Shown here one piece after another: positions 39,004 to 48,752 of a stretch of DNA of 64,000 nucleotides. A model generated the notes under the pieces. It saw only the letters and a list, made by a program, of their open reading frames with translations, was not told the origin of the DNA and did not search any database. Within the stretch, counting starts at the first letter, position 1. The number at the start of each line of letters is the position of its first letter. The position numbers and the translations under genes were made by a program. This stretch comes from Christensenellales bacterium (GTDB lineage Bacteria > Bacillota > Clostridia > Christensenellales > MGBC116941): positions 864 through 64,863 of the forward strand of contig JBMNTP010000007.1 in the NCBI GenBank assembly GCA_050945795.1, in the 5' to 3' direction.

Positions 39004-40125
39004 ATGCGTATAAAGCGTTTATTGGCGTTATTGTTGGCGCTTATGATTGTTGCACTGCCCTCCTTTGCGCTGGCCGCTGCGGTTAGAGTAAAAGCTGTCG
39101 GCGACATAATGTGTTTTACAACACAGATAGGCCTCGCCAAAACATCCTCGGGATACAATTTTAACCGATTTTTTAATGATATAACTCCGGTGCTTTCAGA
39201 CGCCGACCTTACAATAGGCAACCTTGAAACGCCGGTTTCTTCTACCTCAAAATTCGCCGCCACTTCAAACCCCACCTTCAACGCGCCAAAGGAATTTCTT
39301 TCCGCGCTTAAAGAGGCGGGCTTTGATATGGTGTCTACCGCCAACAACCATTCTTTCGACTGCCGGCTCGAAGGGCTTTACGAAACGCTCGACGCCCTCG
39401 ACTCATACGGCATAGCGTATTCCGGCACCGCCCGTAACCGCGCCGAAAAAGAAACGCCTCTTATAATCGAAAAAGAGGGTATCAGCTTTGGCTTTACCGC
39501 GTGGTCGCAGCATGACAACGGCAACTCTCACTACGCGCCTTCCGACATACGAAAAGATGTATTTAACCGGCTGTCCGCCGACGGCGTTAGAGAGGACGTA
39601 GTAAGGCTTAGGAACGGCGGGGCGGATATAGTAATAGCGCTTGTGCATTGGGATAAAGAGCATCAAAACGCGCCTACCGCCGCCACCCGCGCAATGGCAA
39701 CAACGCTTTTTAGAAACGGCGTTGATATAATGCTCGGCGCTCATTCGCATTGCCTGCAACCCGTCGAGATGCGCACCATGACAGATATCGACGGGCGAGT
39801 ATCAAGACGGCTTGTCGCTTATTCGCTCGGAAATTTCATATCGAATATGGGCGGCATAAACGTTGAAACGGCTATGATACTAAACCTTGAGTTTGAAAAG
39901 CATTTCGACTATGTCGATCTAACAGGAGCCACCTACACCCCCACCACCTTCTATCGCGGCCGCAACGCCAACGGCTCCCCCGCCCACCGCCTTTTCGCGC
40001 TGGGCAGCGAGCAAGTCAACGCCGACCCGCCTTTAAGCAATCAAGCCGCTTCGTGGTTCAGAAACGCCCGCAATCACGCTATAAATATAATAGGTAACGA
40101 TGTAATACAGTTATCTGAAAATTAA
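39004..40125 (+). CDS. CapA family (PGA_cap metallophosphatase-like) exported protein
   Basis: Signal peptide MRIKRLLALLLALMIVALPSFALA and motifs GDIM, GNLE, ANNHSFD and GAHSH. Confidence 0.85.
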   Translation: MRIKRLLALLLALMIVALPSFALAAAVRVKAVGDIMCFTTQIGLAKTSSGYNFNRFFNDITPVLSDADLTIGNLETPVSSTSKFAATSNPTFNAPKEFLSALKEAGFDMVSTANNHSFDCRLEGLYETLDALDSYGIAYSGTARNRAEKETPLIIEKEGISFGFTAWSQHDNGNSHYAPSDIRKDVFNRLSADGVREDVVRLRNGGADIVIALVHWDKEHQNAPTAATRAMATTLFRNGVDIMLGAHSHCLQPVEMRTMTDIDGRVSRRLVAYSLGNFISNMGGINVETAMILNLEFEKHFDYVDLTGATYTPTTFYRGRNANGSPAHRLFALGSEQVNADPPLSNQAASWFRNARNHAINIIGNDVIQLSEN

Positions 40126-40148
40126 AAATGGCAAGGAGAGCTTAATTT

Positions 40149-40769
40149 ATGAATGAGAAACTAACCGCGTTAGCCGAAAAGATGAAAAAGCGCGGCTTTA
40201 GGGCGCGTGTCTTTTCCTCTGGCGAAGACGCGCTTGATGCGCTGGTAGAGGCGCTGTCAGACGCCAAAACAGTCGGTCAGGGCGGCAGCATGACCTGCGA
40301 TAATTTAGGCGTAGGCCGCCGGCTTATCGAGGAAGGCAAAACCTTCCACTACCACGGCAATCAGCCCGACCCGCAATCGGCGAATGAGCAGCGCGAGGCG
40401 GCGCTTATGTGCGACGCTTATATACTCTCGGCTAACGCCGTCACATCCGACGGCGCTCTTTACAATATAGACGGACACGGCAACCGCGTAGCCAATTCAA
40501 TATACCATCATCCAAAAGGAGTGTTCTTCCTTATAGGCCGCAATAAGATTGTTGATGGCGGGCACGAGGAAACTATGGAGCGCATGAAGTCGATAGCCTG
40601 CGTTCTTAACAACAAAAGGCTCAAAAGGCAAAACCCCTGCGTTAAAAGCGGCGTTTGCTCCGACTGCACCTCTCCAAACCGCATCTGCAATGTAACGGTT
40701 ATTATAGAATACCCCGCCTCCAGCGTAGACACTTATGTCTATCTCATAGACGAAGACCTCGGCTATTGA
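40149..40769 (+). CDS. LUD-domain (LutC/YkgG-like, DUF162) protein
   Basis: 206 aa with ...AYILSANAVTSDGALYNIDGHGNRV... and a C-terminal Cys cluster CVKSGVCSDCTSPNRIC. Confidence 0.75.
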   Translation: MNEKLTALAEKMKKRGFRARVFSSGEDALDALVEALSDAKTVGQGGSMTCDNLGVGRRLIEEGKTFHYHGNQPDPQSANEQREAALMCDAYILSANAVTSDGALYNIDGHGNRVANSIYHHPKGVFFLIGRNKIVDGGHEETMERMKSIACVLNNKRLKRQNPCVKSGVCSDCTSPNRICNVTVIIEYPASSVDTYVYLIDEDLGY

Positions 40770-40794
40770 CGTTGGGCGGCTGATTTTCCGCATA

Positions 40795-40832
40795 ATAAAA
40801 GCCGGAGCTGTTTAGTTCCGGCTTTTGTTTTA
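40795..40832. terminator. bidirectional rho-independent terminator between convergent genes
   Basis: AAAAGCCGGA-gctgtttagt-TCCGGCTTTTGTTTT. Confidence 0.75.
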
Positions 40833-40840
40833 TAAGAATG

Positions 40841-41344
40841 TCAGCCCAATTTACCGCAGCATTTTTTATACTTTTTGCCGCTGCCGCATGGGCAAGGGTC
40901 GTTGCGCCCCGTCCTCTCATCGGCTACAAACATTTTGGATCTGCGATGCTCCGACGCTATTTCCCGCCTTTTTTCTTTTGTAAGTATATCGTCCCACTGC
41001 TCAAGATTGTAAAGCCATTCCGCCTTCGCTTCAAGCATATTATAATACAGCTTTTCAAAGTCTAAATCCAGCGATATGGCTGTGCTTTCCTTAAGCTTTT
41101 CAAGGTCATACTCTTTTTTAAGGCTGGTATTTATGCCGTCCATAAACCCGGTGAATATAACGATATCCATTTCAAAGCGCTCGGCAAGCTCTGATAATTT
41201 GCCCGAAACAACCGTCTGATGCTGTTCAAGCAGCTTTTCATATACGCCTTGCTCGGCGTCGAAATAGCTTTGCCAAAACTCCTTGTGCTCTTTAGGCGCT
41301 CTTTCAATCTGCGCCAGCTCCGTCCATTTGGAATAAACGCTCAT
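40841..41344 (-). CDS. SEC-C motif domain protein (unknown function)
   Basis: 167 aa, ending ...[20 protein letters not shown] (SEC-C metal-binding motif). Its ATG shares one nt with the icd TAA. Confidence 0.8.
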   Translation of the reverse strand: MSVYSKWTELAQIERAPKEHKEFWQSYFDAEQGVYEKLLEQHQTVVSGKLSELAERFEMDIVIFTGFMDGINTSLKKEYDLEKLKESTAISLDLDFEKLYYNMLEAKAEWLYNLEQWDDILTKEKRREIASEHRRSKMFVADERTGRNDPCPCGSGKKYKKCCGKLG

Positions 41345-42561
41345 TAATTCTCTCCCATGCTTTTATCAAGGCTGTCTTTTATAACGTCTATAAACTCCGC
41401 GGTATCTACAGCACGAACGTTTTCAAGGTCGCTCAGTCCTGCAAGGTCTTTTGTCATAACGCCGCCTTCTATAACCGACAGCGCAGTCTTTTCAATCTTT
41501 GCCGCGAAATCCATAAGCTCCTGGTTGCCGTCAAGCTCCCCGCGCTTTGACAATGCCCCAGTCCACGCAAAAAGCGTAGCCATGCAGTTAGTGCTGGTGC
41601 TTTCGCCTTTAAGATGGCGGTAGTAATGCCTTGTTACGGTGCCGTGCGCTGCCTCATATTCATAATGCCCTTCCGGTGATACAAGAACAGACGTCATCAT
41701 GGCAAGGCTGCCAAAAGCTGTCGCCACCATGTCGCTCATAACATCGCCGTCATAGTTTTTACACGCCCATATAAAGCCGCCCTCGCTTCTTATAACGCGG
41801 GCAACGGCGTCGTCTATAAGCGTATAGAAATATTCTATGCCCGCTTCTTCAAATGCGGCCTTATATTTGGCCTCGTATATCTCATCAAATATATCTTTAA
41901 ACGTATGGTCGTAAACTTTTGAAATGGTGTCCTTTGTGGCAAACCAAAGGTCCTGCCCCGTTGAAAGAGCATAATTGAAGCAGGCGTTTGCAAAGCCGGA
42001 AATAGACTGGTCTGTATTATATTGCGCCTGCAATACTCCCGGCCCTTCAAATTCGAACACCTCGCGGCTGTTTTTGTTGCCGTCGGCATCGGTAAAGCGC
42101 AGCTCCGCCAAGCCTTTGCGCAATATCCGCATCTCTGTATTTTTATATACGTCGCCGTATGCGTGCCTGGCTATGGTTATAGGCTTTTTCCAGCTCCTTA
42201 CCGCCGGCTTTATGCTCGGAAGCGTTATGGGAGCGCGAAAAACAGTACCGTCAAGTATCGCCCTTATAGTACCGTTCGGGCTTTTCCACATCTCTTTAAG
42301 CTTATATTCATCAACCCGCTGGGCGTTTGGCGTGATGGTGGCGCATTTAACGCCGACGCCGTATTTCTTAATGGCGTTTGCGGCGTCTACCGTAACCGCG
42401 TCGTCTGTTTCATCGCGATGCTGCAATCCAAGATCATAATACTCTGTATTAAGCTCTATATACGGCTTTAAAAGCTTGTCCTTTATCATCTGCCAAATTA
42501 TTCGCGTCATCTCATCGCCGTCCATCTCAACGAGAGGCACAGGCATTTTAATTTTTTCCAT
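41344..42561 (-). CDS. icd: NADP-dependent isocitrate dehydrogenase (eukaryote-like subfamily II, about 405 aa)
   Basis: [21 protein letters not shown]...[11 protein letters not shown]... matches IDH1/2-type proteins. SD GGAGGG lies 7 nt upstream. Confidence 0.93.
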   Translation of the reverse strand: MEKIKMPVPLVEMDGDEMTRIIWQMIKDKLLKPYIELNTEYYDLGLQHRDETDDAVTVDAANAIKKYGVGVKCATITPNAQRVDEYKLKEMWKSPNGTIRAILDGTVFRAPITLPSIKPAVRSWKKPITIARHAYGDVYKNTEMRILRKGLAELRFTDADGNKNSREVFEFEGPGVLQAQYNTDQSISGFANACFNYALSTGQDLWFATKDTISKVYDHTFKDIFDEIYEAKYKAAFEEAGIEYFYTLIDDAVARVIRSEGGFIWACKNYDGDVMSDMVATAFGSLAMMTSVLVSPEGHYEYEAAHGTVTRHYYRHLKGESTSTNCMATLFAWTGALSKRGELDGNQELMDFAAKIEKTALSVIEGGVMTKDLAGLSDLENVRAVDTAEFIDVIKDSLDKSMGEN

Positions 42562-42600
42562 AATAATTCCCTCCGGCTTTTTTAAAACGGCACGCCTACC

Positions 42601-42629
42601 ATTTTAATGCATAGTGCTCCATTAATCAA
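42601..42629 (-). promoter_or_regulatory. sigma-A type promoter for icd
   Basis: Minus strand reads TTGATT (42629-42624), a 17-nt spacer, then TAAAAT (42606-42601). Confidence 0.55.
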
Positions 42630-42641
42630 GGGCGGCTTACA

Positions 42642-42669
42642 TCAAAAAACGCCCGCGCTAGCGAGCGTT
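42642..42669 (-). terminator. rho-independent terminator after the zinc-ribbon membrane protein gene
   Basis: Minus strand reads AACGCTCGC-TAGC-GCGGGCGTT followed by TTTT. Confidence 0.7.
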
Positions 42670-42693
42670 AGGCTGTTATATACTTATCGGCTA

Positions 42694-43335
42694 TCAATTG
42701 ATAAGGCTCAGCGCCGCGAAGGCGAAATATCTATAAGGGCCTTCATTAAAATAAAAGTCGGGCCAAAGAGCTGCACCTATAACGAGCATAAGTATTAATA
42801 ATAGCAAATATAAGCCTACTAATATAGCTTTCATTATAAGGAACGAGCGGGCATAGTTCTTTTTATTGGGATTGATGTTATCGCTAAACCCCCATACAAA
42901 CGCCATCACCAGCCCCACGATAGGAATAGACAGTATCAGCGTCAGCCCCACATAATGCCATGTCGATATAACCGGCGCTACGCCGCCTTTTGGCTGCTGC
43001 GGCGCATAATATTGATACTGCTGATTGTGTGCCGCGTTCTGGCGTGGAGCGTAGCCGCCGCTATTTCCGGCTGTATATGTATAAACGGGTTGCGCATTAT
43101 ACTCCTTAGGCGCGCTATCGGCCTGGGCGGCGTTTTCCTCCCGATCAGCATCTTCGCCACCCATGTCATCGGACGCATCGGCTGGCTGCTCCGGTCTTGG
43201 ATAAACCTCGCCGGTATAAGGGGATTGATAGGTATAAGTCGGCCGATCAGGCTGATAGTTGCCCACCGGCGTGCCGCAGGTCTGGCAAAACGCCGAGTTT
43301 TCGTTCAAAGAAGCGCCGCAATGGCTGCAAAACAT
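42694..43335 (-). CDS. zinc-ribbon domain membrane protein with a Q/Y/P-rich linker
   Basis: MFCSHCGASLNENSAFCQTCGTPV zinc ribbon, an approximately 110-aa low-complexity P/Y/Q/A region, and three C-terminal TM helices. ATG 43335 has AAAGGAG 5 nt upstream. Confidence 0.75.
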   Translation of the reverse strand: MFCSHCGASLNENSAFCQTCGTPVGNYQPDRPTYTYQSPYTGEVYPRPEQPADASDDMGGEDADREENAAQADSAPKEYNAQPVYTYTAGNSGGYAPRQNAAHNQQYQYYAPQQPKGGVAPVISTWHYVGLTLILSIPIVGLVMAFVWGFSDNINPNKKNYARSFLIMKAILVGLYLLLLILMLVIGAALWPDFYFNEGPYRYFAFAALSLIN

Positions 43336-43423
43336 GCAAACTCCTTTCTCCGGCGATGCCGGGAACGGCGGCGCGCCTTCAAGCGGCACCGTATATTGTA
43401 ATAATATGTATTTATATGTGTCA

Positions 43424-43451
43424 ATTATACTATGCCGCTATTAAAATGCAA
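43424..43451 (-). promoter_or_regulatory. sigma-A type promoter for the zinc-ribbon protein gene
   Basis: Minus strand reads TTGCAT, a 16-nt spacer, then TATAAT. Confidence 0.55.
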
Positions 43452-43494
43452 AATAAATACTCCAAAATTATCGTAAAAAGTCGTTTACAAGCGG

Positions 43495-44688
43495 TTAGAC
43501 CTTCTTGCCCGTTTTCATGCCCGATGCCTTTGAACCGGTATACGCCTTTGCAAGTATGTCGCTTTCAAAAGCATAGCTGCTTTGATTTTTCTCTTTATTG
43601 GCATCAAAGGCCAGGGTTATAAGCTTATCTATAAGCGCGGAATAGCTTAGTCCGGTAGGCTCCCACAGATAGAAGGAGAAGGAACCGGGCTGCGTGTTTA
43701 TCTCTCCTATAAACACATTGTCGTCTTCATCAATTAAATAATCTATCCTTACAACGCCGCAGCAATCAAGCGCTTTAAAGACTTGCTTTGTAAGAGATTG
43801 TATTTGCGCTGTCATATCATCGGGTATAGGCGCGGGTATCTGCCTTTGCAGCGCCGCCATGCCGGCCTCGCCCTTCCCCCCTCTAAGGTACTTGTCGCCA
43901 AAGCTTAAGAATTTATCCCATGATACCGGCATCTCGCATACCGATACCGCCACCTCATCCATAAAGCCCATGGCGCTACAATTAACCTCTTTAGGCTTAT
44001 CAAGGCCTTTTTCCACCAGCACCCGCCTGTCAAACTCGAACGCCGTATCCATCGCCGCTTTTAGCTGCTCGCGATTATCCGCCCTTGATATGCCTATGCT
44101 TGAACCGAGATTCGACGGCTTTACAAACACAGGATAGCCAAGAGCTTTTTCGGCATCTTCGAGCAGCTCTTCTTGACGCGAACGCCAGCTGCCCCTATCG
44201 TAATAACGGGAAGGCAGCACAGGAAAGCCGTTTGCCATAAATACGTCTTTCATTATTATCTTATCCATACCCACCGATGAGCTTAACACGCCGCAACTAG
44301 TATAAGGTATGTCGGATAACTCAAGCAGACCTTGTATGGAGCCGTCCTCCCCGTTAACGCCATGCAGCGCGGGTATAACGGCGTCTATACGCCAGCTTTT
44401 GGCCTTTGAAAACATGCCGCCGCGCTTAAGCTCAATAAGCGCCTTTACAGTCGGGTCCGGCGTTAAGGCAACGCGGCTTACACGCTTGTCGGCAGCGTTA
44501 AATCGCTTCATAAAGTTTATATCTCTTAGCGGCTCGCCGGTATACCACACGCCGCCGCCGTCTATATAAACTGGTATCATATTATATTTTTCGGTATCGG
44601 CGTTATCCATAAGCTGGATTCCCGTTATCACCGAAACATCATGCTCGCAGCTTCTGCCGCCGAATATAACCGCAACGTTGAGTTTCAT
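43495..44688 (-). CDS. ddl: D-alanine--D-alanine ligase family protein (long, 397 aa)
   Basis: VIFGGRSCEHDVSVITG and an ATP-grasp core (...GYPVFVKPSNLGSSIGIS..., GEINTQPG). Confidence 0.9.
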   Translation of the reverse strand: MKLNVAVIFGGRSCEHDVSVITGIQLMDNADTEKYNMIPVYIDGGGVWYTGEPLRDINFMKRFNAADKRVSRVALTPDPTVKALIELKRGGMFSKAKSWRIDAVIPALHGVNGEDGSIQGLLELSDIPYTSCGVLSSSVGMDKIIMKDVFMANGFPVLPSRYYDRGSWRSRQEELLEDAEKALGYPVFVKPSNLGSSIGISRADNREQLKAAMDTAFEFDRRVLVEKGLDKPKEVNCSAMGFMDEVAVSVCEMPVSWDKFLSFGDKYLRGGKGEAGMAALQRQIPAPIPDDMTAQIQSLTKQVFKALDCCGVVRIDYLIDEDDNVFIGEINTQPGSFSFYLWEPTGLSYSALIDKLITLAFDANKEKNQSSYAFESDILAKAYTGSKASGMKTGKKV

Positions 44689-44723
44689 ACCTTACCCCCA
44701 CAAAATACAATATATTTATAATT

Positions 44724-46289
44724 TTATTTATAATTTTCCGGCAGATCGTTCTCAAAAAGCACTACATCCCCCGGCTTTGTTATGCCCGGCATCATCTCGC
44801 TTACCTTAGCTAGGCTATCCGCCATAATTATGTTCTTCTCGTCAAATCCTTCTTCAAGCAATCCGTCTTTTATATGCTGTGAAAAAGACTTTCCTACTAA
44901 AATAGCTAAATCCGCCGTCGCTGCTATGTTTCTACCAAATGCCCTGTTCGCCTCTTCCTCGGCGCTGCCCTGCTCAACAAGGCCCGGCGTCACTATTATT
45001 TTCCTGCCTTCAAAAGATGCCAAAACATCAAGCGCCGCCCTGCTCCCTGCCGGATTAGAGTTAAAAGCATCGTCAATAACCGTTATAGGTCCTTTTATAA
45101 GCTGTAGCCTGTGCTCTATAGGCTCAATCTTTGATATGCCGGCGGCTATTTGTTCAAGCGTCAGCCCAAGCTCTAACGCCACCGCCGCCCCCGCCACAAT
45201 ATTTAGCACATTATGCCGCCCCAGCAGCACAGCCGTAACATTTATACGCCCCGGACGGCAAACTATGTCAAACGAGCTGCCCTCCGGCCCCGTTTTAATT
45301 TCCTCCGCCCTTACATCGCACCTTTCAGACAAGCCAAACAGCACTTTTTTCTTGCCTTCAATAGCGAAATAAGCGTCGGCGCATATGCCGCCGTCGTCGG
45401 GCAGAAAAGCGGTACCTTTTTCGCCGAGCGAATCGATTAGCTCAAGCTTTGTCGCCGCCACATTTTCAATCGAGCCAAATGTCTCAAGATGCTGCGGCCC
45501 AATAGCCGTTATAACGCCGTAATCCGGCTTTACTAAATCGCACAGCTCTCTTATATCGCCTTTATACCGCGCCCCCATCTCGGCAACAAATACCTGATGC
45601 TTTGGAGAAAGCGTCTCTCTTATAACCCGCGTAACGCCCATAGGAGTGTTGTAGCTAGAAGGAGTTACCAGCGTTTCGTATTTTTCTGAAAGTATCGTTC
45701 CGAGTATAAACTTAACACTGGTTTTGCCGTAGCTGCCGGTAACGCCTATCTTTATTACATCCATATCAGCGAGTTTACCCCTCGCCTCATTGAAAAACTG
45801 CCGCTGTACCGCCTTTTCAAACGGCAGCGCGGCAACAGCCGCCAAAGCGGTAAAAAGCGCCGGCAAAAGCATCATGCCTATAAGCAACAGCACACTCGCC
45901 TTTAACGGCAGAAGCCTTATAACGGCAAATCCTATAACAAGCAGTATAATTATATGCATTACGATTTGCCTTTTCACCCTAGCCGTATATACAAGCGGCT
46001 TTTTCTTTTGCGCCACCCGGTCGGCAACGGCGAAAATCATGCCCATTATAATAATTATAAGCACGGCTATAATACCGAAAAACAACTCCGGTAAAGTTTC
46101 AATTAAAGCCGCATATATTGCCGCCGCGAACGGAATCAAGCATAAGACCGGAGCCTTATACCATGCGTTTTTTGAAAGCCATTTAAAATACATATTCAGT
46201 TGGTAGCTTTCCAGTTGCAGCATATGCAGATAATGCCGCCCGGCGATAAGCTGCATAGCCACAAAAGGAATAAGAAGCAAGTACCACAT
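44724..46289 (-). CDS. MurF-like Mur ligase with an N-terminal polytopic membrane domain
   Basis: Residues 1-170 are hydrophobic (about 5 TM helices). They are followed by the Mur-ligase P-loop GVTGSYGKTS, AEMGARYKGDIRELC, ITAIGPQHLETFGS and a C-terminal Mur-ligase domain. ATG 46289 has GGGAGG upstream. Confidence 0.75.
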   Translation of the reverse strand: MWYLLLIPFVAMQLIAGRHYLHMLQLESYQLNMYFKWLSKNAWYKAPVLCLIPFAAAIYAALIETLPELFFGIIAVLIIIIMGMIFAVADRVAQKKKPLVYTARVKRQIVMHIIILLVIGFAVIRLLPLKASVLLLIGMMLLPALFTALAAVAALPFEKAVQRQFFNEARGKLADMDVIKIGVTGSYGKTSVKFILGTILSEKYETLVTPSSYNTPMGVTRVIRETLSPKHQVFVAEMGARYKGDIRELCDLVKPDYGVITAIGPQHLETFGSIENVAATKLELIDSLGEKGTAFLPDDGGICADAYFAIEGKKKVLFGLSERCDVRAEEIKTGPEGSSFDIVCRPGRINVTAVLLGRHNVLNIVAGAAVALELGLTLEQIAAGISKIEPIEHRLQLIKGPITVIDDAFNSNPAGSRAALDVLASFEGRKIIVTPGLVEQGSAEEEANRAFGRNIAATADLAILVGKSFSQHIKDGLLEEGFDEKNIIMADSLAKVSEMMPGITKPGDVVLFENDLPENYK

Positions 46290-46317
46290 AAAACCTCCCG
46301 CGCCCAAGTTTCGGCGC

Positions 46318-47088
46318 TTAATTTAAAAAAGAATCAAGTATAGCGAGATACCTCGGCAAATCGTCAAGATAGCTGTAATGCCCCGCCCCTTCAAAAATAA
46401 CAAGTCCGGCATCGGGTATCCTTTTTTCCATCACCTTAGCCATATAAAGAGGGGTATCCTCGTCCTTATCCCCCCATATTAAAAGCGACGGCGCCTTGAT
46501 TTTATCAAGGTACGGCGTCAAATCCTCATTGACTACGTTTATAAAAACCCTTTTCATAACATCGCTGAGCGCGCGATAATCCTCGCTTCCGGCGTTTTTT
46601 ATACGGCTTTGCGCATCCACGCCAAACACCTTTAGCAAACCCGAAACAGCCTTTTGGCTCGCCGCCCATTTAAGCGCCTTATAGCAATACACCCTTGCAT
46701 AGTACTTAAGCCGCCGCCTCGGCTTTACTCCGGCCGCGTCTGTAAAAACTATCTTATCAACAATATCAGGATGCTCCGCCGCCAGCATAGTAGCCACCCT
46801 GCCGCCAAAGCTGTGGCATACAATGGAGAAGCTGCTCATTTTAAGCTTTTTTGTAAGATCCAGCAAATGCTCCATATACTCCCTTACTCCCCAATCACCG
46901 CTCGGCATACCGCTTTTGCCATGCCCCGGGAAGTCAAGCGCCAGCACTCTGTGCTTTTTTTCAAGATGCGTAATAACCGGCGAAAACACGGCAATGCTGC
47001 CGCCCCAGCCGTGCAGCACCACTACATTATCTTCGCCTTGTCCGGTTAGCTCATAGTATGTATCAACGCCGTTTAAACGCAAAGGCAA
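46318..47088 (-). CDS. alpha/beta hydrolase
   Basis: Motifs HGWGGS and nucleophile elbow CHSFGG, with a C-terminal GAGH. Start is TTG 47088 or TTG 47082 (better SD spacing). Confidence 0.85.
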   Translation of the reverse strand: MPLRLNGVDTYYELTGQGEDNVVVLHGWGGSIAVFSPVITHLEKKHRVLALDFPGHGKSGMPSGDWGVREYMEHLLDLTKKLKMSSFSIVCHSFGGRVATMLAAEHPDIVDKIVFTDAAGVKPRRRLKYYARVYCYKALKWAASQKAVSGLLKVFGVDAQSRIKNAGSEDYRALSDVMKRVFINVVNEDLTPYLDKIKAPSLLIWGDKDEDTPLYMAKVMEKRIPDAGLVIFEGAGHYSYLDDLPRYLAILDSFLN

Positions 47089-47109
47089 TACCTCCGCAAA
47101 AATTATATA

Positions 47110-47604
47110 TTATGCCCGGCTTACCTTCAAGCCGGAGCGCACCGCATCAAGAGAGGCGGATAAATCCCTGTTCCACATAACGATAGCGTCCTCGTCGTTA
47201 TCATGATAGTACGCTACCCTAAGGCCGGCCTGCCTGTATCCCAGCCGCTCATACATAGCGCGCGCCGCGAAATTGCTCTTCCTTACCTCAAGCGACATCA
47301 TATTAACGCCCATGCCTATCGCCCGCTCCATCATTTCAATCATCATCGCTCGGCCAAAGCCCCGCCTTCTGTAGTCAGGATGCACGGCTATATTCGTTAT
47401 ATGCGCCTCGTCAATAATTATCCACATTCCGCAATACGTTACTATTTTGCCGTCCAACACGCCGACAAGATAGTATCCGAGCGGGTTTTTAAGGTCATCC
47501 AATATAAGCTTTTTAGACCATGGCAGCGTGAAGCACATGCGCTCTAGCTCTGCTATTATACCGGCGTCCGCCTTTTCCATTTCCCTAAATATAAGCTGCG
47601 TCAT
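47110..47604 (-). CDS. rimI: ribosomal-protein-alanine N-acetyltransferase
   Basis: GNAT fold (HITNIAVHPDYRRRGFGRAM). Syntenic with tsaB and tsaE. Confidence 0.9.
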   Translation of the reverse strand: MTQLIFREMEKADAGIIAELERMCFTLPWSKKLILDDLKNPLGYYLVGVLDGKIVTYCGMWIIIDEAHITNIAVHPDYRRRGFGRAMMIEMMERAIGMGVNMMSLEVRKSNFAARAMYERLGYRQAGLRVAYYHDNDEDAIVMWNRDLSASLDAVRSGLKVSRA

Positions 47605-48293
47605 ACGGCGCCTCCAAAAAGCCTTTCGGCCTGCGACGGCCTTATATAAAAAGGCTCCATTTCAAAACAGCTAATAAGCTTTCCCTCTAGTGCCATATCC
47701 GCCGCCTCAAGAGCTACTGACGACGCTCTTTGGAGCATATGCGCTGCGTCGGCAAATACGGCGTTTTGCCCTAGCGCCGCTTCAATCTCATCTTTAAACG
47801 GCAGCGCGCCGTCGCCGAGAAAAACAGCCCTGCCGCTTACAAAGGACAAAAACTCATCTATCGGCACAGCCATATAATCGCTTAGCCGCTCCGGTCTATG
47901 CCCGCCCTTGCTTTTATAGACGGCCCCGTATACCTGCGAGCGCCGCGCGTCCATTACAGGGCATATGCTGCCTTCAAAAAGCGCGGCGTTCCTTGCCAGC
48001 GCGTCAAGCGCGTTTACAGCGGCTAACGGCTTATTTCTCGCCTGCGCCATAGCCTTTGCCGCCGCCACACCAATCCTTATGCCGGTAAAACTGCCCGGCC
48101 CTATAGCCGCCGCGAACACATCAACGCCGGATATGCTTTGCCCCGCCATATCAAGCGCCTGCTCCACCGCCGGCATTATAGTGGCGGAATGCGTAAGTCC
48201 GGCGTCAATATATATTTCGCTAATAAGCCTGCTGTCTTTCATAACAGCTACGCCGGCGGATTTGCCGGTCGTATCCAGCGCCAATATTACCAT
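47601..48293 (-). CDS. tsaB: tRNA t6A37 biosynthesis protein TsaB
   Basis: MVILALDTTGKSAGVAV..., with a YeaZ/ASKHA fold. Confidence 0.92.
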   Translation of the reverse strand: MVILALDTTGKSAGVAVMKDSRLISEIYIDAGLTHSATIMPAVEQALDMAGQSISGVDVFAAAIGPGSFTGIRIGVAAAKAMAQARNKPLAAVNALDALARNAALFEGSICPVMDARRSQVYGAVYKSKGGHRPERLSDYMAVPIDEFLSFVSGRAVFLGDGALPFKDEIEAALGQNAVFADAAHMLQRASSVALEAADMALEGKLISCFEMEPFYIRPSQAERLFGGAV

Positions 48294-48751
48294 ATCTCGC
48301 CAGCCTCTCTTAATATGACCTCATACCTTTCGCCATAAGCCGAAAGCTTTATACTTCTCTTATCCCCCGCTCCGGTTATCTCGGCTTCCATGCGATGCCT
48401 CGGCAGCGGCTCTACCGGCCATTCTACCGCCGATACGCCCTCTCCCTCGAAATACTCCAGCTCCTCATCACCGTAACAGCCAGTGCGGTATAGGTCGAAA
48501 TGATAGAGCGCAAGCCGCCCCTCATATACATTCATAGTTACAAAAGTAGGGCTTGTAACCATGTCTAATATTCCTAGCCCTTTTGCCATGCCCTTTACAA
48601 AAACCGTTTTGCCTGCGCCTAAATCGCCTTTAAGTGCTATAAAAAAACCCGGGAACGCCCGCTCTCCTATAAATTCGCCTATTCTAAGCGTGTCGCTTTC
48701 ATTTAGGCTTTTTATAAAAAGCGTGTTTGCCGCTTTATCTTCGCCGCCCAC
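48287..48751 (-). CDS. tsaE: tRNA t6A37 biosynthesis ATPase TsaE
   Basis: P-loop GDLGAGKT. GTG 48751 lies just after the upstream stop; the track ATG 48814 would overlap the upstream gene by 62 nt. Confidence 0.85.
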   Translation of the reverse strand: MGGEDKAANTLFIKSLNESDTLRIGEFIGERAFPGFFIALKGDLGAGKTVFVKGMAKGLGILDMVTSPTFVTMNVYEGRLALYHFDLYRTGCYGDEELEYFEGEGVSAVEWPVEPLPRHRMEAEITGAGDKRSIKLSAYGERYEVILREAGEIW

Positions 48752-48752
48752 C

